Under the pieces are notes generated by a model that worked only from the letters and a program-made list of their open reading frames with translations, was not told the origin of the DNA and did not search any database. The position numbers and the translations under genes are program-made. Below, piece after piece: positions 24,313-38,166 of a stretch of 64,000 bases of DNA; the first letter of the stretch is position 1, and every line of letters begins with the position of its first letter. Source of the DNA: Accumulibacter sp. (lineage in GTDB: Bacteria > Pseudomonadota > Gammaproteobacteria > Burkholderiales > Rhodocyclaceae); the NCBI RefSeq assembly GCF_029255285.1, contig NZ_JAPUVI010000041.1, positions 8,986 through 72,985 of the forward strand, in the 5' to 3' direction.

Positions 24313-25920
24313 ATGAGCACAGCCCTTGCCAAAGCGCCGGCAAGTCTCCGGATTACTGACCTGCAGACCGGCTTTCAGCTCCTTTCGCGTCTTCCTCTGG
24401 CCGATTCACAGCAAGCCGAGCTGGACATGAACGAGTTTCTCGATTCCCTCCTGCAGGCCCCACCAGCCGCCGACGTCTATCTGCAACTGCTCGAGCAGAC
24501 ACGGATATCGCTCTGCTTCATCGAGGAGGACTTGGCCCGGCGCTATGCCAACAAGCCGTTGCCGCTGGGCGACATCGAAGAGCAGGCTTTCCAGCAGGTT
24601 ATAGGCACCTGGCTGAAGGCTGCCCGCTCGTATTCGCACTGCGCGCAGTTGCAAAGCCCGGAGGACGGCACCGCGCATGCTGAGCGACTGGCGTTGATCC
24701 TGCATCGTTGCATCTACTACACCGGGATGGCGATCATCGAGCACCATCGTGCGCGCCGACAACTACCGGCCGGATTGTGGTTGGACCTGCACGGCTTTTA
24801 CGCCAGTGCCGAGGAGTGGGGTGTCGCGACGGTCTCGGTTCCCGATCCACTCGATGCGCTCGGTCGAAGCACGCACTGCACGGCAGCCTTCGTTGGCCTG
24901 CTGCTGACCGAGTTGGCCGGGCCCTACAGCCTGTCCGCACGGGAGCTGGGGCTGGTTCGGCGCTGGGCAAACCAATGGTCGCCGCTCGTCAGTATCCGCC
25001 CGGCGGTACCGGGCGAAGCGCTGCCGCAATACGTCGTTGACCTGATGCAGGATTCGGGTTTGTGCGCCTCGGCCGAATGCTTGCAGACCGAGAATCTGCG
25101 CCGCCTGGACACTTCCCGTTTGGCAATGCAACTCAATCAGTTGTTGCAGCAGCTGCAACAGAAAATTGCGCCGGTTCAGCTTGGCCTTGGCGAGGATTGC
25201 ACAGCGACACAGTCTTATCGATTGATCAAGCGTCTCTTCCGGCCATGGACCTTGGTGCGTGCGGGAAGGAAGTTTCGCCGCCACCGGGCGGCGGGAATCG
25301 CCAAAGTATGCTCGGGCTTTGCCGGAATGCACTACTACATTTCCGGTAAAGAATTCAACCAACCTGAACATGCCCGCATCTATTCGCGCCAAGAGTTCGA
25401 CAGCCTGTTCGCGTTTCGCCATATGGTCGATCCAACGCAGCAACTGACAGTTCGCCAGGCGCAACTCGGCTTTGCCCTGGACGACTGGGAGGTTCTCGAT
25501 CAATCCGCCAATGGTTTCCGGCTCCTGCGCTCGACCGCTGGCAGACGGCTCGAACCAGGGCAATTGCTGTCGCTGTGCCCACACGACGGCAGCTCGCACT
25601 TGCTGGCGCAAGTCGTGTGGTTGAGGCAAGAACAGAGCGGTGGCCTGGTGGCCGGCGTCACGGCGCTCCCTGGTCGACCACAGGCAGCCGCCGCGCGCCC
25701 ACTGCCCCAGATCCCCGGACATGGCGAGCATTACAGCCGGGTTTTCATCCTGCCGGCGGTGCCGGCAATCGGCGCGGAGCAGACACTCGTCCTCCCTTCG
25801 GGTTGGTATCATCCTGAGCGCTTGGTCGAGATCTACAGTGACCAGCCTTGGCGAGTGAAGTTGCAGCGCCTGCTGACCGAGGGTTCTGACTTCGAACGGG
25901 TGGCTTTCGTCGTAGCTTGA
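24313..25920 (+). CDS. Hypothetical 535-aa protein; the C-terminal part carries PilZ-like RxxxR and DxSxxG motifs
   Basis: ATG at 24313 with GAGGAG RBS; the upstream GTG at 24283 is also possible. Composition is protein-like, unlike the minus-strand shadow ORF 24763..26025. RKFRRHR is at 25267-25287 and DQSANG at 25498-25515. Confidence 0.7.
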   Translation: MSTALAKAPASLRITDLQTGFQLLSRLPLADSQQAELDMNEFLDSLLQAPPAADVYLQLLEQTRISLCFIEEDLARRYANKPLPLGDIEEQAFQQVIGTWLKAARSYSHCAQLQSPEDGTAHAERLALILHRCIYYTGMAIIEHHRARRQLPAGLWLDLHGFYASAEEWGVATVSVPDPLDALGRSTHCTAAFVGLLLTELAGPYSLSARELGLVRRWANQWSPLVSIRPAVPGEALPQYVVDLMQDSGLCASAECLQTENLRRLDTSRLAMQLNQLLQQLQQKIAPVQLGLGEDCTATQSYRLIKRLFRPWTLVRAGRKFRRHRAAGIAKVCSGFAGMHYYISGKEFNQPEHARIYSRQEFDSLFAFRHMVDPTQQLTVRQAQLGFALDDWEVLDQSANGFRLLRSTAGRRLEPGQLLSLCPHDGSSHLLAQVVWLRQEQSGGLVAGVTALPGRPQAAAARPLPQIPGHGEHYSRVFILPAVPAIGAEQTLVLPSGWYHPERLVEIYSDQPWRVKLQRLLTEGSDFERVAFVVA

Positions 25921-25929
25921 GGGACAGCC

Positions 25930-25960
25930 ATCCGGCGGCCGGTTCTGGCGGCCGGATTTT
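25930..25960 (+). terminator. Rho-independent terminator closing the rnr-to-535-aa gene run
   Basis: ATCCGGCGGCC / GGCGGCCGGAT forms an 11-bp stem with one mismatch and a 6-nt loop, followed by TTTT. Confidence 0.6.
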
Positions 25961-25999
25961 GCGCTATGATAAGCGTCCGAATTATAATCAGGAACGCCC

Positions 26000-26425
26000 A
26001 TGGCCGGCCTGGACGAGACCACCAAGACACCGACCGAGATCAGGCTGCATCAGAAGTCGCGTATTCTCGAGCTGACCTTCGATGATGGTCAGCGCTTCGA
26101 ACTGAGCTACGAGTTCCTTCGGGTCTACACCCCTTCCGCCGAGGCACGCGGTCACGCACCCGGTCAGGAAGTCCTGCCGGTCGGCAAACGTGACGTCTGT
26201 ATCGAACGCGTCGAGGCGGTAGGCAACTACGCCATCAGGCCTGTCTTCTCGGACGGCCACGAGAGCGGGTTGTACTCGTGGGATCTTTTGTACAACCTGG
26301 GCGCTCACCGGGATGAACTATGGCAGGCGTACGTCGACCGACTGCAGCGGGAAGGCGGCAGCCGCGATCCGGCAGCCTGCCCGACGCCCTTGGTCAAAAC
26401 ATCAAGCGGTTGCGGCAATCGCTGA
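26000..26425 (+). CDS. DUF971 (gamma-butyrobetaine hydroxylase-like N-terminal domain) protein
   Basis: AGGA RBS. Typical DUF971 sequence with the FLRVYTPSAE...GNYAIRPVFSDGHESGLYSWDLLYNLG blocks, in the usual position upstream of ubiE. Confidence 0.8.
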   Translation: MAGLDETTKTPTEIRLHQKSRILELTFDDGQRFELSYEFLRVYTPSAEARGHAPGQEVLPVGKRDVCIERVEAVGNYAIRPVFSDGHESGLYSWDLLYNLGAHRDELWQAYVDRLQREGGSRDPAACPTPLVKTSSGCGNR

Positions 26426-26462
26426 TCGTCATGGCCGCCCGGAACTCCCTTGGCGTTGAACC

Positions 26463-27203
26463 ATGAACGACCGTAAGCGCACTCATTTCGGCTTTCAGGA
26501 GGTGGATGAAGGCGATAAATCGCAGCGCGTCGCCGACGTCTTCGATTCCGTCGCTCAGCGCTACGACGTGATGAACGATGTCATGTCCGGCGGCCTCCAC
26601 CGACTGTGGAAAGCGCTTACGATTGCCAGAAGTGGCGTGCGGCCGGGCGCGCGCGTGCTTGACGTGGCAGGAGGCACCGGCGACTTGGCTCTGGCTTTCG
26701 CCAAAAAGGTCGGCGAAAGCGGCGAGATATGGTTGACCGACATCAACCGGGCGATGCTTACCCGCGGTCGCGATCGGCTGAGCGACAAGGGTTACATCCT
26801 TCCGGTGGCGCAGTGTGACGCCGAGAAACTCCCATTTCCCGACGACTACTTCGACTGTGTAAGCGTCGCCTTCGGGCTGCGCAACATGACACACAAAGAT
26901 CTGGCGCTGGCCGAAATGCGGCGCGTTCTTCGCCCAGGAGGACGTCTTCTGGTGCTCGAGTTCTCGCAGATCTGGAAGCCGCTCGCGCCGGTTTACGACT
27001 TCTACTCGTTCAAGGTAATTCCCCGCCTCGGTCGGCTGATTACCGATGATGAGGAGAGTTACCGCTATCTGGCCGAGTCGATCCGGGTTCATCCGGATCA
27101 GGCGGCGCTTAAGTTGCTGATGGAACAAGCCGGCCTCGAGCAGGTCGATTACGAGAACATGGCATTGGGCATCGTCGCTCTGCATCGTGGATTCAAGTTC
27201 TGA
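26463..27203 (+). CDS. ubiE: Bifunctional demethylmenaquinone / 2-methoxy-6-polyprenyl-1,4-benzoquinol methyltransferase
   Basis: THFGFQEV...[37 protein letters not shown], and [10 protein letters not shown]. Confidence 0.95.
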   Translation: MNDRKRTHFGFQEVDEGDKSQRVADVFDSVAQRYDVMNDVMSGGLHRLWKALTIARSGVRPGARVLDVAGGTGDLALAFAKKVGESGEIWLTDINRAMLTRGRDRLSDKGYILPVAQCDAEKLPFPDDYFDCVSVAFGLRNMTHKDLALAEMRRVLRPGGRLLVLEFSQIWKPLAPVYDFYSFKVIPRLGRLITDDEESYRYLAESIRVHPDQAALKLLMEQAGLEQVDYENMALGIVALHRGFKF

Positions 27204-27220
27204 CAGAAGAGGATTGCAAC

Positions 27221-28123
27221 ATGAAAAGAGTTTTCATGGCACTCGGTGTTTGCCTGCTTTCTCTTGGTCTCGCGGTCGGAGACGCCGAAGCCAAGCGACT
27301 GGGTGGTGGCAAATCGACTGGGATGCAAAGGGATTCGGTCACACAAAAGCAGGCGACACCACCAGCCCAGAACAGCATCACGCCCTCTGCCCCGGCGGCG
27401 GCTCCAGCGGCAGCGACAGCGCCAAAACGAAACTGGCTAGGCCCGCTGGCGGGACTCGCCGCCGGCCTGGGAATTGCCGCGCTGCTGTCTCATCTTGGCA
27501 TGGGTGAGGGTTTGGCGAATGCACTAATGATTGGGCTCCTGGTGGTGGCGGTGGTGCTCGTCTTCAAGCTGCTGTTTCGCCGCAAGGCGCCGCCGCTGTC
27601 CGGTGAAGCGATGGAATACGCCGGCGTCGGTGGGCCCGGCATGGCGCCATCGTCGAGCTTCGAGGCCGCTCAGAGCGGATCGTCGTCAGCCACCGGCGAC
27701 GTCGAGAGGAAACTCCAGTGCCTTGACCGTACCGAGCATGAGGTGCCAGCGGACTTCGACAGCGAAGGATTTCTACGCGTCGCCAAACTTAACTTCCTCC
27801 GTCTGCAAGCGGCCAACGACGCGGGAAATCTTGAAGACATTCGCGAGTTTGTTAGCCCGGAACTTTTCGCCGAGATCCGGCTGCAATTCGACGAAAGGAA
27901 CAAGGCGCCACAACAGACCGACGTCGTCATTTTGAACGCCCAGTTGCTGGATCTGGCGACGGAGACCGGCCGACACGTGGCCAGCGTTCGCTTCAGCGGG
28001 ATGATTCGCGAAGAAGCCGAGGCAGCGGCGGAGCCTTTCGACGAGGTTTGGAACCTCACCAAGCCGATCGAGGGCGGCAAAGGCTGGGTAGTGGCCGGCA
28101 TTCAGCAACTGGCCGGTTTCTGA
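27221..28123 (+). CDS. Tim44-like domain protein (membrane-anchored)
   Basis: Signal/anchor segment, a low-complexity linker, a TM helix and a C-terminal Tim44-like domain (FLRVAKLNFLRLQAANDAGNLEDIREFVSPELF...WVVAGIQQ). Confidence 0.85.
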   Translation: MKRVFMALGVCLLSLGLAVGDAEAKRLGGGKSTGMQRDSVTQKQATPPAQNSITPSAPAAAPAAATAPKRNWLGPLAGLAAGLGIAALLSHLGMGEGLANALMIGLLVVAVVLVFKLLFRRKAPPLSGEAMEYAGVGGPGMAPSSSFEAAQSGSSSATGDVERKLQCLDRTEHEVPADFDSEGFLRVAKLNFLRLQAANDAGNLEDIREFVSPELFAEIRLQFDERNKAPQQTDVVILNAQLLDLATETGRHVASVRFSGMIREEAEAAAEPFDEVWNLTKPIEGGKGWVVAGIQQLAGF

Positions 28124-28695
28124 TGGTCTTCGAAGGCGCCCTGCGCCTGCTCAATCACGTTCTGGCCGGCGAAAGCTGGGCGCGCGATCGATTGCTGCCG
28201 TTTGCCGGGCAAACGGCACGGCTGGAGTGCGGCGGGCTCGCCTGGGTGGTCAGAATAACGGAAGCCGGGCAGTTCGCAGCCGACGACACGGGACTCCCGC
28301 CGGCAGTCAGCATTCGTTTGCCTAATGATGCGCTGCTGCGCGCGGCGCTTGACCGGGGAGCACTTTTTTCTTCAGCGACCATTGCCGGTTCAGTCGATTT
28401 GGCGGAGACACTGGGATTCGTCTTTCGCAATATCGCTTGGGACGTCGAGCACGATCTGTCGCAACTGTGTGGCGATGTCCTTGCGCACCGCGCGCTGCGC
28501 GTTGCCAAAAGCGTGGGCGATTGGCATAGGCAGGGCCTAAGGAGCCTGGCTCAGGCCGCGGCCGAGTATTTCAGTGAAGAGGACGCCGCGATCGCACATC
28601 GCCGTGATGTCGAGCGCTTCTGTTCGGAGGTCGATGCTTTGCGTGATGACTTTGCGCGTTTCGAGAAACGACTCGCTCGCTTCGAAGTTCCTTGA
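28123..28695 (+). CDS. ubiJ: Ubiquinone biosynthesis accessory factor UbiJ (SCP2-like)
   Basis: The ATG at 28123 overlaps the Tim44 stop (TGATG). SCP2-like N-terminal half and an amphipathic C-terminal helix. The position after ubiE-Tim44 matches the usual proteobacterial layout. Confidence 0.75.
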   Translation: MVFEGALRLLNHVLAGESWARDRLLPFAGQTARLECGGLAWVVRITEAGQFAADDTGLPPAVSIRLPNDALLRAALDRGALFSSATIAGSVDLAETLGFVFRNIAWDVEHDLSQLCGDVLAHRALRVAKSVGDWHRQGLRSLAQAAAEYFSEEDAAIAHRRDVERFCSEVDALRDDFARFEKRLARFEVP

Positions 28696-28724
28696 GAGAT
28701 TTGTAGATTCGATGCTCCGAGCGA

Positions 28725-28755
28725 CAAAAAAGGCAGCTTGCGAGCTGCCTTTTTT
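28725..28755. terminator. Bidirectional rho-independent terminator between the convergent ubiJ and atpC genes
   Basis: AAAAAA-GGCAGC-ttgcga-GCTGCC-TTTTTT: a perfect stem flanked by an A-run and a T-run. Confidence 0.75.
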
Positions 28756-28800
28756 GTCGCCGGGGAGAACCCCCTCCTGCGCCAACATCCTTGGTCGTTG

Positions 28801-29223
28801 TTAGTGACGACTGCGCAGCTTCTTGATCGCCTGTAGTTGGGCAACGGCCTGCGCCAGTTCGGCCTCTGCTGTGGCCAGCCCAACGTCTGAAGAACGATTT
28901 CTGAGGGCTTCTTCGGCCCGCTTCTTGGCTTCCATCGCCTTGGCTTCGTCGAGATCGTGGGCGCGAATCGCTGTGTCGGCGAGAACCGTGATCAAAGCAG
29001 GCTGGACTTCGAGCATGCCGCCCGAGACGTAGACGAGTTCATACTCGTCACGGTCAGGGATTTTCAGCCGAACTGTTCCCGGTTTAATACGGGTCAGCAG
29101 CGGGGCATGCCGCGGGTAGATGCCGAGTTCGCCGGCTTCGCCAGGAAATACCGCGAAGTCGGTCTGGCCGGAAAAAATCAACTCTTCGGCGCTGACAACG
29201 TCTACATGGACTCTGATGGACAT
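28801..29223 (-). CDS. atpC: F0F1 ATP synthase subunit epsilon
   Basis: Start at the ATG 29221-29223 ([14 protein letters not shown]...). Last gene of the atp operon. Confidence 0.93.
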   Translation of the reverse strand: MSIRVHVDVVSAEELIFSGQTDFAVFPGEAGELGIYPRHAPLLTRIKPGTVRLKIPDRDEYELVYVSGGMLEVQPALITVLADTAIRAHDLDEAKAMEAKKRAEEALRNRSSDVGLATAEAELAQAVAQLQAIKKLRSRH

Positions 29224-29292
29224 GATTTCCTTCCTTGCTGGAGTTCGTTTCCACACCGCTCGCGGTGCGGAAACGACGTTCTCTGAAGCCGC

Positions 29293-31594
<2,302 letters not shown>

Positions 31595-31612
31595 GGCAAT
31601 CTCCTCGATCGA

Positions 31613-33151
31613 TCAGGCCAGGGTGGCCTTGAACTCCTCAATCGCCTTGGTGAGCTTCTGCTCAGCGTCGGCGTCAAGATCTTTGGTGGTTTCGATCTTG
31701 CTGATGAGGTCGGCATACTTCTGCTTGACGAAGCCGTGCATCTGCTTCTCGACAACCAAAGCCTTCTTCACCGCGACATCGTCGAACAGTCCCTTATTCA
31801 CCGCGTGCAGAGTGATCGCCATTTCGGAAACGGACAGCGGCGAGTACTGCGGCTGCTTCATCAGTTCGGTGACCAGACGACCGCGATCGAGCTGCTTGCG
31901 GGTCGCTTCGTCGAGGTCCGACGCGAACTGAGCAAAAGCGGCCAGCTCACGGTACTGGGCAAGCGCCAGGCGCACGCCACCGCCGAGCTTCTTGATGACT
32001 TTGGTCTGAGCGGCACCGCCGACACGCGAAACCGAAATGCCGGCGTCGATCGCCGGGCGGACACCGGCATTGAAGAGGTCGGTATCGAGGAAGATCTGAC
32101 CGTCGGTGATCGAGATGACGTTTGTCGGCACGAAGGCGGAGACGTCGCCAGCCTGCGTCTCGATGACCGGCAGCGCGGTCAGCGAGCCAGTCTTGCCCTT
32201 GACTTCGCCGTTCGTGAACTTCTCGACCCATTCCTCGGAAACGCGCGCCGCGCGTTCGAGCAGGCGCGAGTGCAGGTAGAACACGTCGCCCGGATAGGCT
32301 TCGCGCCCGGGCGGGCGACGCAACAACAGGGAAACCTGACGGTAGGCCCAGGCCTGTTTGGTCAGATCGTCGTAGATGATCAGCGCATCCTGGCCGCGAT
32401 CACGGAAGTATTCTCCCATCGTGCACCCGGAGTAGGGCGCGATGTATTGCAGCGCCGCCGATTCGGAAGCGGTGGCCGCGACGACGATGGTGTAGGCCAT
32501 GGCGCCGTTCTCTTCAAGCCTGCGTACGACGTTGGCAACGGTGGAAGCCTTCTGACCGACCGCGACGTAGATGCAGATCAGGTTTTGGCCTTTTTGATTG
32601 ATGATCGTGTCGACGGCGACCGCGGTTTTGCCGGTCTGCCGGTCGCCGATGATCAGTTCGCGCTGGCCGCGCCCGATCGGCACCATCGCATCGATCGACT
32701 TCAGACCGGTCTGCACCGGCTGCGAGACAGACTTGCGCCAGATCACCCCAGGGGCTACTTTTTCGATCTTGTCGGTCAGCTTGTGGTTCAGAGGACCCTT
32801 GCCGTCGATCGGCTGGCCCAGCGAGTTAACCACGCGACCGAGCAGTTCAGGGCCGATCGGCACCTCGAGAATACGGCCGGTAGTCTTGACGGTGTCGCCT
32901 TCGCTGATTTGGTCATATTCGCCGAGAACCACCGCGCCAACCGAGTCGCGGTCGAGGTTCAAGGCCATGCCAAAGGTGTTACCGGGAAACTCGAGCATTT
33001 CTCCCTGCATGACGTCGGTCAGACCATACACGCGGCAGATACCGTCGGTCACCGAAACGACGGTGCCCTGGGTACGGAGATCGGCGCTGATCGCAAGATT
33101 CTCGATCTTGCTCTTGATCAGTTCGCTGATTTCGGAAGGATTCAACTGCAT
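31613..33151 (-). CDS. atpA: F0F1 ATP synthase subunit alpha
   Basis: GDRQTGKT Walker A and full-length alpha similarity. Confidence 0.97.
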   Translation of the reverse strand: MQLNPSEISELIKSKIENLAISADLRTQGTVVSVTDGICRVYGLTDVMQGEMLEFPGNTFGMALNLDRDSVGAVVLGEYDQISEGDTVKTTGRILEVPIGPELLGRVVNSLGQPIDGKGPLNHKLTDKIEKVAPGVIWRKSVSQPVQTGLKSIDAMVPIGRGQRELIIGDRQTGKTAVAVDTIINQKGQNLICIYVAVGQKASTVANVVRRLEENGAMAYTIVVAATASESAALQYIAPYSGCTMGEYFRDRGQDALIIYDDLTKQAWAYRQVSLLLRRPPGREAYPGDVFYLHSRLLERAARVSEEWVEKFTNGEVKGKTGSLTALPVIETQAGDVSAFVPTNVISITDGQIFLDTDLFNAGVRPAIDAGISVSRVGGAAQTKVIKKLGGGVRLALAQYRELAAFAQFASDLDEATRKQLDRGRLVTELMKQPQYSPLSVSEMAITLHAVNKGLFDDVAVKKALVVEKQMHGFVKQKYADLISKIETTKDLDADAEQKLTKAIEEFKATLA

Positions 33152-33161
33152 GGAAATTCTC

Positions 33162-33698
33162 CTAGTTGTTGAGCGCCAACCTCAGGCCCTCGAGTTTTCC
33201 GCGTACGGAGGTATCGAGAACCTGGTCGCCAACGACAATCTTTACGCCGCCGATCAGCGATTGATCGACGACTACTTCGGCAGTTAGCCGGGTCTTGAAG
33301 CGCGCTTCCAGATCTTCGATCAGCGCCGTGCGCTGCGCCTCGTCAAGCGGAAAGGCACTGTAGATCGTCGCTTCTTTGACGCCTTCCTGGGCCGACCTGA
33401 GCGCCTCGAAAAGACTGGCAATTTCCGGCAGGGCGGACAGCCGTTCGTTGGCGGCGAGAACGTCGATCAGATTGGCCTCGCCTCCGTCCACCGTCCGCCC
33501 GACCAGCGACTTGAAGAGCGCGCTCTTCTGGGTGGCGGACAGTTCCGGGTTGCCGATGCACGAATGCATCCGTTCATCCCCGGCAATGGCGGAAAGCAGC
33601 GACAACCGCTCGGACCAGGCCGCTAGCGCCTTGTTTTCCAGCGCGATGCGGAAAACCGCTTCAGCGTAGGGACGGGCGATGGTAACGAGTTCGGCCAT
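33162..33698 (-). CDS. atpH: F0F1 ATP synthase subunit delta
   Basis: [10 protein letters not shown]-terminus and position between atpF and atpA. Confidence 0.9.
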   Translation of the reverse strand: MAELVTIARPYAEAVFRIALENKALAAWSERLSLLSAIAGDERMHSCIGNPELSATQKSALFKSLVGRTVDGGEANLIDVLAANERLSALPEIASLFEALRSAQEGVKEATIYSAFPLDEAQRTALIEDLEARFKTRLTAEVVVDQSLIGGVKIVVGDQVLDTSVRGKLEGLRLALNN

Positions 33699-33702
33699 GA
33701 TT

Positions 33703-34173
33703 TTAGAGTTCCTGCTTGAGCGCGGCCAGCATCTCGGCGTGCGCCCTGGCGTCGACTTCGCGCTTCAGGATGCGCTCGGCACCAGCGACAGCCAAGTCGG
33801 CGAGACGGCCACGCAGTTCGGCGCGAGCGTGTTCGACCTGTTGCGCGATTTCGGCCTTGGCGGCGGCGACCACTTTGTCGGCTTCGACCTTGGCGGTCTG
33901 TTTTGCTTCTTCGACCATCTGCGCGGCGCGCTTTTCGGCCGCTGTGACGATCTCGGCGGACTTCGCCTTGGCATCACGCAGGGCGTCGGCGGAACGTTTG
34001 CCGGCGAGCTCCAGCTCGTGCTTGGCGCGCTCGCCGGCGGCGAGTCCGTCGGCGATCATTTTTTGGCGATCAGCCATGGCCTTTTGCAGCGGTGGCCAGA
34101 CGTACTTCATGGTGATCCAGATGAAGACACCGAACCAGATCGCTTCGCCAAACAGCGTTGCGTTGATGTTCAC
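33703..34173 (-). CDS. atpF: F0F1 ATP synthase subunit b
   Basis: GTG start with [22 protein letters not shown]...KYVWPPL aligns from residue 1 with E. coli AtpF. Confidence 0.9.
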   Translation of the reverse strand: MNINATLFGEAIWFGVFIWITMKYVWPPLQKAMADRQKMIADGLAAGERAKHELELAGKRSADALRDAKAKSAEIVTAAEKRAAQMVEEAKQTAKVEADKVVAAAKAEIAQQVEHARAELRGRLADLAVAGAERILKREVDARAHAEMLAALKQEL

Positions 34174-34215
34174 GCTAACCTCCTGTCAAGAGTTGATCCA
34201 ATAGGAGAAAAGCGG

Positions 34216-34500
<285 letters not shown>

Positions 34501-34575
34501 CTAGTAAGACATGCTAGACGGGTTAAACAGGGACAACGTGAATCAAACTGAGACAAGACTCGGCGTTTCCGTCCA

Positions 34576-35768
<1,193 letters not shown>

Positions 35769-35871
35769 AGAGGAATCAAACCGCACATGCAAAAAAGTTG
35801 TCTTTGCTCGATAAAACCTGCCTTACAGCCAAATTCGAGCAGCTCTCGACAGGCGTAATTGGTGCGACGCG

Positions 35872-36711
35872 TCAATGACGTAGGCGCTGCAGAATTCCTT
35901 CCAGTTGGTCGAGGTCGCCGAACTCGACCATGAGCCTGCCGGCACCGGCCTTATTGGCCCGAATCGTTACCTGCGCCCCCAACAGGTCGGCCAGTTCGTC
36001 CTGCAACCGCAGAAGATCGCGATCAGGTTTCCTGGGCGCCGTTTCCTTGGGCGGCCGCAGGGCATACTGAACGAGGCGTTCGGTTTCGCGCACCGACAGA
36101 CCTTTCTGTACGACGCGTTGCGCCAGTTGAACCTGCAGCGCGCCAGCGAGCGGAAGCAGCGCTCGGGCGTGACCCATGTCGATCTCGCCACACATCAGGA
36201 GTTCTTGTGCCGGAGCCGCCAATTGCAGCAGGCGCAGCAGGTTCGACGCCGCCGGCCGCGAGCGCCCGACGGCGTCGGCCGCCTGCTGGTGAGTCATCGC
36301 AAACTCGTCGATCAGACGCTGCAGACCAAGGGCTTCTTCGAGCGGATTGAGGTTTTCGCGCTGAATGTTCTCGATCAAGGCCATCGCCAGCGCGGCCTCA
36401 TCCGGGATCTCGCGGATGAGCGTCGACACCTCGGTCAGCCCGGCCATCTGCGCCGCTCGCCAGCGCCGTTCGCCGGCGATGATTTCATAACGGTCGTCGC
36501 CGACCGGGCGCACCAGAATTGGCTGCATCAGCCCTTGTACCCTGATCGAAGCCGCCAGTTCCTCGAGCGACGCGGCGTCCATACGGGTCCGCGGCTGATA
36601 CTTGCCGGGCTGGATGTGGCCCACCGGCAGCAGCCGTTGCTGCTCCCTGTTCGACGCTTCATTGCCGGCCAGCAAGGCGTCGAGTCCACGTCCCAAACCT
36701 TTCGATTTCAT
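35872..36711 (-). CDS. parB: Chromosome partitioning protein ParB
   Basis: GLGRGLDALL, the ParB box IQPGKYQPR, and IIAGERRWRAA. The start overlaps the parA stop (ATGA). Confidence 0.92.
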   Translation of the reverse strand: MKSKGLGRGLDALLAGNEASNREQQRLLPVGHIQPGKYQPRTRMDAASLEELAASIRVQGLMQPILVRPVGDDRYEIIAGERRWRAAQMAGLTEVSTLIREIPDEAALAMALIENIQRENLNPLEEALGLQRLIDEFAMTHQQAADAVGRSRPAASNLLRLLQLAAPAQELLMCGEIDMGHARALLPLAGALQVQLAQRVVQKGLSVRETERLVQYALRPPKETAPRKPDRDLLRLQDELADLLGAQVTIRANKAGAGRLMVEFGDLDQLEGILQRLRH

Positions 36712-37526
36712 GGTTCGGCTCCTGGTGCGACACGGCTGGCGCTGGCTCGTCCGGCACCTCCGCGCCGATCGAGAATCTCTTGCGCCAGCAGCAGGTAGGC
36801 CTGGGCGCCTTTGGAACTGCGGTCGAAAGCGATCACCGGCTTGCCGTAGGACGGAGCCTCCGCAAGGCGAACGTTGCGTGGAATGATCGTTCGGTAGACC
36901 TTGCTTCCGAAATGCCCTTCGAGTTCGCGCGACACCTGCTGCGTCAGTGTCGAACGTGGGTCAAACATGGTTCGCAACAGCCCTTCGATCTCGAGCACCG
37001 TATTGAGATTGGCACGCACTTTCTTCAGTGTTGCGACAAGGTCGGTCAAACCCTCGAGCGCGTAATATTCGCACTGCATCGGGATCATGACCGCATCGGC
37101 GGCGACCAGCCCATTGACGGTCAGCATGTTCAACGCTGGCGGACAATCCAGGAGGACGAAATCATGGCTCCCCTGGAGATCGGCGAGCGCATCGCGCAAG
37201 CGGTATTCGCGCTGACCGAGATCGATCAGGTCAATCTCGGCGCCCGCCAGCTCGCGATTTGCGGGTAAGAGATCGAAGCCGAATTCGGTCCGCAATCGCG
37301 TATCGGCGACCGTCGAGCGACCAATCAGAACCTCGTAAACCGTCGGCATCGCGACCCGCTTGACGACGCCGCACCCGGTGGTCGCGTTGCCCTGCGGGTC
37401 GAGATCGATCAGCAGCACGCGCTGGCCGAGTTCGGCAAGGCAGGCCGAGAGATTGACTGCGGTCGTCGTCTTGCCGACCCCGCCCTTCTGATTGGTTACC
37501 GCGAGTATTTTTGCCAAATCAACCAT
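36708..37526 (-). CDS. parA: Chromosome partitioning ATPase ParA (Soj)
   Basis: Deviant Walker A NQKGGVGKTT. Confidence 0.93.
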   Translation of the reverse strand: MVDLAKILAVTNQKGGVGKTTTAVNLSACLAELGQRVLLIDLDPQGNATTGCGVVKRVAMPTVYEVLIGRSTVADTRLRTEFGFDLLPANRELAGAEIDLIDLGQREYRLRDALADLQGSHDFVLLDCPPALNMLTVNGLVAADAVMIPMQCEYYALEGLTDLVATLKKVRANLNTVLEIEGLLRTMFDPRSTLTQQVSRELEGHFGSKVYRTIIPRNVRLAEAPSYGKPVIAFDRSSKGAQAYLLLAQEILDRRGGAGRASASRVAPGAEP

Positions 37527-38166
37527 CCCCCGAATGCTCAGCGTGCTTCTTGCTCATCACCACCAGATGCCGTTCGCCATCGACGCCGGGCACCACCAGC
37601 CGATGTATCCCGTTGACCCGCAGGTCCGCCGGCAAGCAAGCGATCTCGTCCCGTGGCCAGGCACCTTTCATGGCTAGCCAGTGACCGCCCTCGCCCAGCA
37701 AATGACGCGACAGTTTCACGAGCTCGCTCAGCGGCGAAAAGGCACGCGCCGTGATCGTCGCGAAGTCGGCGCACGGCCGATAGTCCTCGACCCGACCGCA
37801 GTGTACGGCAATATTCGCCAAGCCAAGCTCGATTGCCACTTGGCGCATGAAGGCCGCTTTCTTCGAATTGCTATCGAGCAGTACCACGTCCAGCGTCGGC
37901 CGGGCGATCGCCAAGGGTATGCCCGGCATACCACCCCCGCTGCCAACATCGAGCAGCGGTGGCGCGCCGACGAAAGGCAGTACCGCGAGCGAATCGAGCA
38001 AGTGATGACTGACGGTCTGTGACGGATCGCTCAGCCCAGTCAGGCGGTAGGTCTTGTTCCACTTGCTGAGCAGTGCCGCATAGTCGAGCAGTTGCCGTTG
38101 CGCGGTGGTCGGCAGATCGATGCCCGCCGCCAGCAAGCCCTGGGCAAGCTGAGCCGCCGGCGTCAT
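37519..38166 (-). CDS. rsmG: 16S rRNA (guanine527-N7)-methyltransferase
   Basis: The [20 protein letters not shown] motif. It overlaps mnmG by 4 nt and parA by 8 nt. Confidence 0.9.
   Translation of the reverse strand: MTPAAQLAQGLLAAGIDLPTTAQRQLLDYAALLSKWNKTYRLTGLSDPSQTVSHHLLDSLAVLPFVGAPPLLDVGSGGGMPGIPLAIARPTLDVVLLDSNSKKAAFMRQVAIELGLANIAVHCGRVEDYRPCADFATITARAFSPLSELVKLSRHLLGEGGHWLAMKGAWPRDEIACLPADLRVNGIHRLVVPGVDGERHLVVMSKKHAEHSGDG

Noticed and set aside
25983-25988. A TATAAT hexamer immediately upstream of the DUF971 gene.
   Set aside because: It abuts the AGGA ribosome-binding site (25990-25993). A transcript starting about 7 nt downstream would lack the RBS, and I found no convincing -35. 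I therefore did not call it a promoter, although a leaderless-type start cannot be excluded.
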